Shown here: positions 48,853 to 57,253 of the stretch, in pieces
Layout of the letters: each line of letters begins with the position of its first letter
How positions within the stretch are numbered: position 1 is the stretch's first letter
NCBI GenBank assembly: GCA_047602425.1
Contig: JASGHG010000001.1
Location: 4,320,001-4,384,000 of the forward strand
Origin: Nibricoccus sp.
GTDB lineage: Bacteria; Verrucomicrobiota; Verrucomicrobiia; Opitutales; Opitutaceae
Direction: 5' to 3'
DNA length: 64,000 nt
Made by a program: the position numbers and the translations under genes
Notes under the pieces: generated by a model
What the model was told of the DNA's origin: nothing
The model's input: the letters and a program-made list of their open reading frames with translations, nothing else
The model's database searches: none

Positions 48853-49383
48853 TCACTCCTCCCGCATGTGCTTCTTCACCGACTTCACCATGCGGCCGAA
48901 ATTTCGGTCTCTCTTTCTTCTTTCGACCTGCGACATTTGGTGAAACGCGGATTCTTTCCGCAGCTTCAGGAAATTCTCATAATGCGCCTGGCTGAGCTCG
49001 CCCGACTCCAATGCCCCAAGCACCGCGCAGCCGGGTTCGCCACTATGACTGCAATCCCGATAACGACATGAGGAGGCGAGGGTAGTAATGTCGGCGAAAC
49101 CTCCGTCCATGCCTGCCTCCGCGCTGAGAATGCCGAATTCCCGCATGCCCGGATTGTCGATCACCAGCGCGCCGCCCTCGAGCCGGATCAATTCGCGTCG
49201 CACCGTAATATGCCGCCCTTCGCCCGTCCCGCTGACGTCGCCGGTCTCCAGACTCGCGTTACCAATCAGTTGATTGATCAACGTGCTTTTGCCGATGCCC
49301 GACGAACCGACGAAGCAATAGGTTTTCCCGGGCAACAACAACCGTTTGAAATCGTCCACGCCCTCGGTTTTTTGCTGCGTCAA
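48853..49383 (-). pseudogene. rsgA: 5'-truncated ribosome small subunit-dependent GTPase A fragment
   Basis: Has G1 GSSGIGKST, GRHIT, G3 DNPGMRE and Zn finger CRYRDCSH..EPGC; lacks the OB fold and G4 motif. Confidence 0.75.
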
Positions 49384-49543
49384 AGATCAGCTACGCTTTA
49401 CCTGCGAGCCGAGACAAACAGAAAACGGCCGAACATGGGGATGGGATATTTGCCGAATGTTATGCGTTAGCCGCGCCACGCTGGCGGGCAGAGACTAAAA
49501 GCAAAGACTGGATCATAGGCGTAGTTCTTTGTGGATGGTTCGC

Positions 49544-49981
49544 CTACTTCTTTTCCTCGACCGCCATGTGATGCAGCAACTTTTCGTCCTTCGAGAAATA
49601 GCCGATCAAGTAATATGTCTGCGTCGATTGCGCGCTGCTCCGGGCGAGAGCCATCGGAATCAGAAATACCTCTCCAAGTCCGAGCGTCATGGCACTGACG
49701 GTCGCTTCGCCGCTTCCGTCATCCGACTGTGCCGGTCGCCCCTTCACTTTCCATACGCGGTAAAACGCACTGGACCTCATATCGCGGCTGATCTTGCCTG
49801 CCAAAAACTCAGGGACAACAGCGAGCGGAGGACCAAATCGCTTTGAGATCGCTGCCTCCGAGGCCCCGGGTTTCAACACATCGCGCCCCTTGGCTGTACC
49901 ACGACTGATCCAACTGGATACACAGCCTGCGCTTATAGAGATTGTAAGGAGGATAAACAGAATGCGGATAAAGGGTTTCAT
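49544..49981 (-). CDS. Hypothetical lipoprotein (cassette-like)
   Basis: Signal peptide with lipobox-like SAGC. Confidence 0.7.
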   Translation of the reverse strand: MKPFIRILFILLTISISAGCVSSWISRGTAKGRDVLKPGASEAAISKRFGPPLAVVPEFLAGKISRDMRSSAFYRVWKVKGRPAQSDDGSGEATVSAMTLGLGEVFLIPMALARSSAQSTQTYYLIGYFSKDEKLLHHMAVEEKK

Positions 49982-50011
49982 ATTTTGAAGACTTGCTACA
50001 GGTCAGATTGT

Positions 50012-50381
50012 TTATTTCCACATCTGCAATAGGGCGACGAGTAACGCTGCAAAGAATGCGATAACTCCAACCCAAAAGATCGCCCTCGGATTTGCTTTCT
50101 CAGAAGCATCGCCTCTCGGGTGGCCATCGGTAAACGTCGAGCCTGCACCGGCTCGCACTCCTTCAATGCGAGTGACCTCAGGCAGCGTGGTAAATTGTGG
50201 CAACTTCATGCCTGCGATATTCCGATCCACCAGCGCGATAATATCTTTCACGTGCTCCTCGCATCGCCCCCTTGCATGCACAGCCTCGGTCTAGATCTGC
50301 GAGACAATCTGGACAAATCGCACGCCCGCAGCCTTTGCAGACGGCTACCGCTTCGATATTACGATGTATGTAGTATTTCAT
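50012..50381 (-). pseudogene. Frameshifted B-box-like zinc-finger membrane protein
   Basis: H...EAVAVCKGCGRAICPDC...ACKG continues as RCEEH...TM in another frame; the shift is at the C5 run 50267-50271. Confidence 0.65.
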
Positions 50382-50854
50382 GTCTTAACCTAACGTTATA
50401 TGGTCAGTCGCGCGTACTGGCGAGCCAAGATTTAGAAGACAAATGTGATCACAGGTATTGTGGCATGGCGACTAGTTCGTCTGCTTTTCCTTCGCAATCA
50501 TTAACAAGTATTCTTTCATTCGGTCTCCAAAAACTGCAGCCTGATAGATGGCTTGTCTTCCTCCTTTGGGAGGATTTGGTTTTATCGCCTAGAGGGCACA
50601 CTCAAGGGGTTTGTTTGTAAAAGATTGAACAGGGTGGTGTCGGTTGGGTTGGTTGCTTTGCATCGCTTGGTGATCATGGCATTCAAAACAGGGCAGCAGG
50701 TCGAACTATTGTCTCCCTAAGGTCGCCAAAGGTTGGGATGCGGCGTCTCGAAGAGTTGAGCGACGATGCTGAACGAGCGACGCTGCATTCCAAACCAGGC
50801 GCACCGGGACTTATGCCCCACCTCGGCCAGATGAATACCTGACCTTCAGCGGGC

Positions 50855-51196
50855 TCATTTATGGGTCGAGTGAGCAAGCTGCCACGCGCGATAAGCCTCG
50901 TCGCAGTTCGGGCAAACGTGGATGCGCGCCTTCCTGGCATTGAGATAAGCAAGGTCCTCCGCGAAACGAGGCCCACCATGATGTGGAAACTTTGAAATGA
51001 GAGCGGAGCTATATTCGGACGAATAAACCGAGGAGCCCGGAATGCAGCGCACTTCCCGGATTTCCATTTTTTGTTTATGTAGCTCGCAGACCTCCGGCTC
51101 GTTTTTTGTAACGTCAGCGATGTTCACACAGCCAACAAAAGCAGTGGCAGCAACCATGACGCAGAGGAAAAATTTATAGTTAAAAGGGACGCGCAT
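50855..51196 (-). CDS. Hypothetical lipoprotein with CxxH and CxxC motifs (cassette-like)
   Basis: ATG at 51196; FVGC lipobox, CELH, FPH, VCPNC. Confidence 0.65.
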   Translation of the reverse strand: MRVPFNYKFFLCVMVAATAFVGCVNIADVTKNEPEVCELHKQKMEIREVRCIPGSSVYSSEYSSALISKFPHHGGPRFAEDLAYLNARKARIHVCPNCDEAYRAWQLAHSTHK

Positions 51197-51226
51197 AATA
51201 TTTGTTAGTCTAAGATATGAGCCTAA

Positions 51227-52537
51227 CAGGCTGCTGAAGAACGGGGTGTTTTGAGAGGAGGAAGGCTGATTTTGAGCGTTTTTGATATAAACGCAGGCGG
51301 TGCACTGGGTTTTTCGCGCCGTTTTGGGCGCGGCCCGCTTGCGTTTGGCGGCTGGTTCGCAGTGTACGGGCACACTGCGGCCGCGGGGGGCGTCACGCCC
51401 CAGCGAGTTTTGGCGGCGCGGTGAGCATCAGTTTGGCCATGCGCACGAGGTTGCAGGCGGCCACCACGTATTGGCCTTGGGCGTGGGTTCGGTCGACGCC
51501 GCGGTACCGGCTTTTCCGGAAGCAGCCAGTGGTTTTGGCCCAGCCGAAGATTTCCTCGATGCGTTTGCGGCATTTCTGACTGAGGGCGTAAGCGAGTTTG
51601 CAGATCACGCCCTGAGCGTCGCGGTCTTTGCGCAGCGCGGGGTGCGGCTTTATCTTTTGAGCACGCAGGCCTTCGATGAAGTTCTGGTCGTGGTAGCCTT
51701 TGTCGGCTCCCACCGTTTTTGGTGCAAAGCCTCGGTTTTGCAGTTCGATCATTTGCTCGACGGCCACACTCGATTCGGAGGCGCCGACGGCCGGATGCAC
51801 TTCGAACAGTACGCACAGGCCGTGGCGGTTCTCCATTGTGGCGTGGCCGGCGAAGCTTAGGCGCGCTTCTTTTCCAGGGCCTTTGCGCACCAGTTTCGCC
51901 TCGGGGTCGGTAGTGGAAGCGTGCGTGTCGTTGGAGCGTTTTTCGCCTTTGTAATCGGTCCAGTTGTTCCCGCCGCCGGGGCCTGGGGGCTGGTCTTTGC
52001 GTTTGAAACTTTTGAGCGAGGCCCACGATTCGATTAGCGTGCCGTCCACACTGAAGTGATCGTCGCTGACCCAGCCGTGCCGGCGGGCCAGGGCCACCAC
52101 TTCGCTAAAGAACAGATCGGCCACTTCGTGTTGCAGGAGCCGTTCCTGGTTTTTGCTGTAGACCGAGGCGTCGAAGACCGTTTCGTCCAGCGGCAGATCC
52201 ACAAACCAGCGGAACAACAGGTCGGTCTGGAGCCTGGCGCACAGTTGGCGGTCCGAGCGTACGGTGTAGAGCGCTTGCAGCACTTTGCCTTTGAGCAGCA
52301 TCTCCGGCGGCACCGAGGGCGCTCCTCCTTCGGCATAGATCTCGTCAAAGTGCCCGCTCATCGCCGCCAGCACTTCGTCGCACATGCCCTTGATCGCACG
52401 GATCGGATGGTCCCCCGCAATCAGCTGCTCCACATCGATCAAACTCACGAAATCCCCCTGGGTCTTACGTTTTCCTCTCATGCCATTAACTGACGCCTAT
52501 CGCTAATGTTTGTTTCACGGAGTTTTTCAGCAGCCTG
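51227..52537 (-). mobile_element. IS5-family insertion sequence, 1311 bp
   Basis: Terminal IRs CAGGCTGCTGAAGAAC / CAGGCTGCTGAAAAAC; CTAA target duplication at 51223-51226 and 52538-52541. Confidence 0.92.
51393..52481 (-). CDS. IS5-family DDE transposase
   Basis: HPIR.I, G.PSVPPE, SVDGTLIE, STTDPEA, GADKGY, RKRIEE.FGW.K. Confidence 0.93.
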   Translation of the reverse strand: MRGKRKTQGDFVSLIDVEQLIAGDHPIRAIKGMCDEVLAAMSGHFDEIYAEGGAPSVPPEMLLKGKVLQALYTVRSDRQLCARLQTDLLFRWFVDLPLDETVFDASVYSKNQERLLQHEVADLFFSEVVALARRHGWVSDDHFSVDGTLIESWASLKSFKRKDQPPGPGGGNNWTDYKGEKRSNDTHASTTDPEAKLVRKGPGKEARLSFAGHATMENRHGLCVLFEVHPAVGASESSVAVEQMIELQNRGFAPKTVGADKGYHDQNFIEGLRAQKIKPHPALRKDRDAQGVICKLAYALSQKCRKRIEEIFGWAKTTGCFRKSRYRGVDRTHAQGQYVVAACNLVRMAKLMLTAPPKLAGA

Positions 52538-52909
52538 CTAAGGTCCTTCCGGAGGCAGATTTTCCGTTGTTGGTGCTGATGCTTCGTTCGGTCCGTCTTG
52601 TTCAAGAAGAGGATTCGTTTTCGAGAAGAGAAGCAAGAGCGCAAGACCGATGTTTGCACCGGGAATGAACAACAGCAAAAGCCAGTGCAATCGCATTCCG
52701 GCGTCTTTGGCCCGTGCGCAAACCACAAAAATCAACCAGTATAAGAAAATCGCCAATCCGGAGAGAAGGAGCCACGGATCCCCAAGCACTTGTTCCCACG
52801 ACGAAACGGCTTCGTTGTATGCAATCAGAGCTTCGATCGCACAGGAGCATACTAGGCCTCTGAGCAAGTACGAGAGGCGCCCGATGCGACGCGGGAACAG
52901 AAAGTTCAT
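52538..52909 (-). CDS. DUF805-like membrane protein (cassette-like)
   Basis: RIGRL.Y, R..DAG, LLLFIPGAN; C-terminus PNEASAPTT reads into an attC-like arm. Confidence 0.7.
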   Translation of the reverse strand: MNFLFPRRIGRLSYLLRGLVCSCAIEALIAYNEAVSSWEQVLGDPWLLLSGLAIFLYWLIFVVCARAKDAGMRLHWLLLLFIPGANIGLALLLLFSKTNPLLEQDGPNEASAPTTENLPPEGP

Positions 52910-53005
52910 CTCGTTTGGGAACGAACTGGTATTTGTTGTCAGAACGGGCGCGTTATTTGCAATGTACGGGACGTAACGGAGCTGGCGGTTGGAAACGGTG
53001 TTTGG

Positions 53006-53452
53006 TTATTCGAGACTAACGATGCCCCAGTGGTCCAAGGCGAACAGGACAGAAAGCATAATGGCGAAGAAGCCGAGGAACGAGACCACACAAACGACAG
53101 CGACATTTCCTCCGGAGCGACGAACGTAGTTTTCGGACGCAAGAATTTGCTCTTTCGACAACTGCTTCGAAGAGGCAATGCTGACCGCCGCAAACGTGTA
53201 GGCGACCGGAATCACCATGTTGGGGAATTTGTCCGGCAAGAAGGGAAGGACTGCGAGTATGGCGATGAGAAAGGCTCCGCCAAGGTACAGGGTGAATTGC
53301 GTCTCGCGAACCTTGCCGAGGCGCTTGAAATTACAGTATAACGTGTAGACGGCTGCGAACGGACCGCCGATAAATGAAGCAAGTCCAACTTGGAATGGCG
53401 TATATAGCGCCGAAGGTGATGCAAATGGGGTCAGGGGCGATGCAGTATTCAT
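53006..53452 (-). CDS. Hypothetical membrane protein (cassette-like)
   Basis: LYT..QV.LASF.GGP..A.Y.L..NF..LG; about 4 TMs. Confidence 0.72.
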   Translation of the reverse strand: MNTASPLTPFASPSALYTPFQVGLASFIGGPFAAVYTLYCNFKRLGKVRETQFTLYLGGAFLIAILAVLPFLPDKFPNMVIPVAYTFAAVSIASSKQLSKEQILASENYVRRSGGNVAVVCVVSFLGFFAIMLSVLFALDHWGIVSLE

Positions 53453-53540
53453 GTTAGCAAACGGCTGGGTTGAATAGAGGAGAAACTCGCGTTGTCCAAA
53501 GCAACGGCGTCATGGATATTGTATCTACATACCTGTTCGC

Positions 53541-53900
53541 CTATTTCATTTTTTCGGGGCCGGTTATGGTGATCGTTCCCACCAACCGTTTGGCATCGTG
53601 TCGCATGTAACTCTCAACGTAGACATAGTCTTCCATCTTCGCCTGTTTTGTGAAGGGTCTGCCATCTGCGATCTTTGCGGCAAAATCGTTCCACGCTGCT
53701 TCAATATCTTGTTCCTGACTCGCGCCGGCTCCCAATGCCACAATCTGGTATTCGGTATCGCTGACTTTCTGCGATTTTAGGGCGATATGCGCCAGGTTTT
53801 TCCAAACGCCATCGGAAACTTTGTCCGCACGATAGTCCGTGACGCAGCCCGTCAGGTCAAGGCCGAGGGTCAGAAGAAGGAGCCAGATCTTTTTCTTCAT
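53541..53900 (-). CDS. Hypothetical lipoprotein (cassette-like)
   Basis: MKKKIWLLL...LTGC lipobox; ATG at 53900, 6 nt after the GTTGAGC core. Confidence 0.7.
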   Translation of the reverse strand: MKKKIWLLLLTLGLDLTGCVTDYRADKVSDGVWKNLAHIALKSQKVSDTEYQIVALGAGASQEQDIEAAWNDFAAKIADGRPFTKQAKMEDYVYVESYMRHDAKRLVGTITITGPEKMK

Positions 53901-53984
53901 ATTTTGGCTCAACATTCTGTACTCGGTTATACCGAATTGGCGATTTCAAACTCGCAATCGGTATAATTGGGACGTTGCGTTGGT

Positions 53985-54434
53985 TTAGCTTTTGGGCGGC
54001 CATTCCACGCCTTTGAGTTCCGGCGGCAGTTGAGTTGGTTCGACGGGATAGTGTTGCTTCAAATCGATTTTGCCGGATTCGAATTCCTTGTCCGGTGCGC
54101 CAATGATGAGCCAGAGCACCTCTGAATCGGAATCGTTGAAGATTTGGCGAAGGGCAGCCGGTCCGATCAGCACGCCGCCATAGCGGGGAATGGTTAAAGT
54201 CTCCTCGCCGACGCGAATTCGTCCGGTGCCCTCAAGAACGAAATAAAATTCCTCCGCGATCACGTGCTTATGAAGTGTATTCGCACTCTTGGGCGGCAAA
54301 CGCCAGAGACGGGCACCCAGGATTTCGCTTCCTGTGCGCTCCAGGTAATCGGCATTTGGAATGCGCATCATATTCGATGGCCGCCAATTCAATTCACTGG
54401 GCAAGATCAATCGATAACCTTCGATGGCTTTCAT
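53985..54434 (-). CDS. Cupin domain protein
   Basis: H.H...EEFYFVLEG.G cupin motif. Confidence 0.85.
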   Translation of the reverse strand: MKAIEGYRLILPSELNWRPSNMMRIPNADYLERTGSEILGARLWRLPPKSANTLHKHVIAEEFYFVLEGTGRIRVGEETLTIPRYGGVLIGPAALRQIFNDSDSEVLWLIIGAPDKEFESGKIDLKQHYPVEPTQLPPELKGVEWPPKS

Positions 54435-54518
54435 TTTATTCCTTAATGTTGTTTAGTTTATTTTTTCTTCCGTACGAGTTCGCGGACTTTCGGTTTTAGC
54501 GGCTGGTTTCGCTTCGTT

Positions 54519-55541
54519 CTAGTTTTTCCGCGTGAACCACATCGAGCATGATTGTTTATGACTATGCTTCACCAGGAAGGACACGACGCCTTCAAATGCT
54601 TCAGCCACTTTCGGTCGTGACAAACCGACGGGCGGGCCTTCGGGCGGGTAGGAGGGGAAGACGTCAAAAGCGTGGTTAAAGCCTTCCATTCGGATGAATC
54701 GGTGTTCCACGCGGTGCTCGGCGAGCTTGGCGGCCATCCGCTCTGACATTTCGAACGGCACATCGACATCCTGGTCTCCGTGAAGAAGGAGCGTCGGAGG
54801 GAAATCTTTTGTCACAAGCCGCTCCACGCTAAAAGCCGCGTACGGAGCAGGGCCTGCGTTTGGGAGCGGACCAACGACTTCGTAGGGCCAAGAACCATTC
54901 TGACGGCAATAAATATAAAAGGCGTTTCGTTCTCGGACGGGGGCTTCCGAAATTTCTTTTACGCCGATTGCGCGATGGGCGTCTTGATGCGAAACGCGCG
55001 GCAAGGTGGCATAGAAGGGACTCGGACGGTTGTACCATTCTCCGCCGATATCGCCATAACCATAAAAAGATACAATTGCATTGAGACGAGGCTGCACTCT
55101 GGCGCCTGCCATGAGAGCCAAATAGCCACCCGCCGAGGAACCGACTGCAACGACACGCTTTGGATCTCCGTCGAACAAAGTCGCGCCGGCTCCGCGCACC
55201 CACTTGAAGGCATCGGCAATATCAGCGAGGATTTCCGGGAGCTTTGTTTCGGGGGCCAAACGGTAGTCGATAGCGACGACGATAAAACCCGCGCGCAAAA
55301 ACCTTTCGCATTCATCCAACAGAAGCATCGCTCGACTGCCCATGATAAGACCGCCGGGATGGATCCAAACGATGATCGGGCGGAGCCCTTCGCCGGGGGG
55401 ACGATACACATCCGCTTTGATCGCCATGGATCCAACCGTTTTGTAGGTGAAGGTTTGTTTCGCGTAGGGAGGTTCGGCTGCGGCGGAAACTCCCACCAGA
55501 AAAACAAAAAGCGCAAGGCATATTCCGAGACGGAGCTTCAT
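54519..55541 (-). CDS. Secreted alpha/beta hydrolase (esterase/lipase)
   Basis: Signal peptide; HPGG, DYRLAPE, GSSAGG, HGDQDVDVP, H.FD. Confidence 0.9.
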   Translation of the reverse strand: MKLRLGICLALFVFLVGVSAAAEPPYAKQTFTYKTVGSMAIKADVYRPPGEGLRPIIVWIHPGGLIMGSRAMLLLDECERFLRAGFIVVAIDYRLAPETKLPEILADIADAFKWVRGAGATLFDGDPKRVVAVGSSAGGYLALMAGARVQPRLNAIVSFYGYGDIGGEWYNRPSPFYATLPRVSHQDAHRAIGVKEISEAPVRERNAFYIYCRQNGSWPYEVVGPLPNAGPAPYAAFSVERLVTKDFPPTLLLHGDQDVDVPFEMSERMAAKLAEHRVEHRFIRMEGFNHAFDVFPSYPPEGPPVGLSRPKVAEAFEGVVSFLVKHSHKQSCSMWFTRKN

Positions 55542-55721
55542 GGTTGTCGAGTTGCGGAGTACTATGGTCGTGCCAACGTTTTAATACCTAGGCATTGGCT
55601 CCTTGTAAGTGAGGTGCGCAACCTAAGCGTTTTCTTCTGCACTTCGAGTTCAGGGCGCAAAAAAACGCCGACGTCGTCTGATTGGAGAGAATTCGCTGGT
55701 TTGACTTGAGAGGGGTGAACC

Positions 55722-57143
55722 ATGGAAGATGGCGTCGATTTATTTTTTCTCCACGTTCCAACCACGATCACGATACGCCCTTTGATGAAGCCCGCGCAGC
55801 CTTCGATTTTTTCAATGCCAGGGAAACTCTTTTCGTGGATCGTGGTTGCGGTGGTGTTTATCGGACTCGCCTGGAGACAGCATGCGTTTGTCGACCGTTA
55901 TGCGGTGAATGTCATGTACTGGGATCAATGGGGAATTTACGGGCCGATGTTCGAAGAGCGGGGCTGGTGGGCGGGATTCGATTTTCAACACGGGCCTCAC
56001 CGGCAAGGCGCGGGCTTTCTTGTCACACGGGTGCTTGCGGAGGCGAGTGACTGGAATTCGCGCTGGGATGCATTTGGCGTGAGCTGGGTGCTGATCGCAG
56101 CGGCGGGCGCGGGCCTGATTTTGGCGTGGCGTTGCGGGGCGCGAAACGCAGCGGCTTTGGCAATGGTGCCGTTGCTGTATTTGAATATCCGGCAGTACGA
56201 ACAATTCGCGGGGCCCTCGAATATTTCGCACGGAGCGATGCCGCTGCTCCTGCTTACGTTGTATGGCCTCGCGTGGTTTGTGAAAACGCGCGGACTGCGA
56301 CTGGGGCTGCTGACAGGGCTGACGTTTTTGGCGATTTTCACCGGGTTTGGATTTTATGTCGGCGGGATTTCCTTGGTGCTCTTCGGACTCGAAAGCGTGC
56401 AGCTGGCGCGACAAAAAGACCGGCGCGGAGCAATACAGGCGGCACTCGCGCTGGCTGCCGTGGTGGCGTCGTGGGGATTGTTCTTTTGTCACTACAAGAC
56501 TGAAACCGCGGCGACAGGATTTTCTCAGGTCGTGGGGCAGGTGGGACAGACCTTGCGTTTTGTCGGGGTGATGCTGGCGAATGCGCAAGGCGTTTGGGGC
56601 GCGGGCTGGGTGGCGACGACCACGGGGCTGGTGGTCTTTGGGTTATTGGTGGCGCTCTGCTTTTATCAAGGTGTGCAATTGGTTCGGGTCGGCGTGGCAA
56701 AAACCGAGCCGCGGAGCGTGGTGTTTTTTTCCCTGACGGCTTTTGTTGCGACGTATTGCGTGAGCGCAGCGTTGGGACGATTGGGCGAAGGGATCGAGGC
56801 GGCGCGAGCTTCGCGTTACGTCACGTTGATGGTTCCCGCGGGGCTGGCGTTTTGTTTGCAGTTGTCGGCGATGAAACAAACGTGGAGCGCACGCGGACTG
56901 TTTGCCGGTTACTTCGGGTTGTTGTTGATTTTGACGGTGCAACTGAGGCCGGGAGATTTGAAGCAAGCGGAGTCATTTCGCGCGACGCGCGTGGTTTGGG
57001 CGCAGACATATTTGGAAACGCGCGACATCCGAACGGCCAATGAGAAGGCGGGACAGGAGATATTTCCGGGTTCGACCGTTCAGGCGCAGGTCGACTATCT
57101 GCAGGAGCATCGACTGAACTTTTTCAAAAACGCCGGCAAATGA
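55722..57143 (+). CDS. Polytopic membrane protein, possibly GT-C-type glycosyltransferase (start uncertain)
   Basis: About 11-12 TMs; NV.YWDQW, QH..HR and SRY loop motifs. Confidence 0.55.
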   Translation: MEDGVDLFFLHVPTTITIRPLMKPAQPSIFSMPGKLFSWIVVAVVFIGLAWRQHAFVDRYAVNVMYWDQWGIYGPMFEERGWWAGFDFQHGPHRQGAGFLVTRVLAEASDWNSRWDAFGVSWVLIAAAGAGLILAWRCGARNAAALAMVPLLYLNIRQYEQFAGPSNISHGAMPLLLLTLYGLAWFVKTRGLRLGLLTGLTFLAIFTGFGFYVGGISLVLFGLESVQLARQKDRRGAIQAALALAAVVASWGLFFCHYKTETAATGFSQVVGQVGQTLRFVGVMLANAQGVWGAGWVATTTGLVVFGLLVALCFYQGVQLVRVGVAKTEPRSVVFFSLTAFVATYCVSAALGRLGEGIEAARASRYVTLMVPAGLAFCLQLSAMKQTWSARGLFAGYFGLLLILTVQLRPGDLKQAESFRATRVVWAQTYLETRDIRTANEKAGQEIFPGSTVQAQVDYLQEHRLNFFKNAGK

Positions 57144-57253
57144 GTGTACAAAGGCGTTGAATCCGTAGATGATACGAGTCCTCGGAAACGTCAGGCGCCA
57201 AAGCACGGCTATCCTCTAAAGTTTTGACGCAAAACCCCGTATTTTACCTCAGC

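Larger units (their letters stand above)
49452..54512 (-). other. Array of degenerate attC-like sites (CALIN-like, no integrase in window)
   Basis: Sites about 49452-49544, 50388-50481, 51208-51222 plus 52538-52592 (IS-split), 52916-53011, 53456-53541, 53907-53989, 54441-54512. Each starts at a gene end with NNNNAAC-N13/14-CAAY-like and ends in a GTTRRRY-like core. Confidence 0.65.

Noticed and set aside
55570..55720. attI site or integrase at the head of the array
   Set aside because: Only a weak GTTGGCA core is present, and the adjacent divergent gene is a membrane protein, not a tyrosine recombinase.
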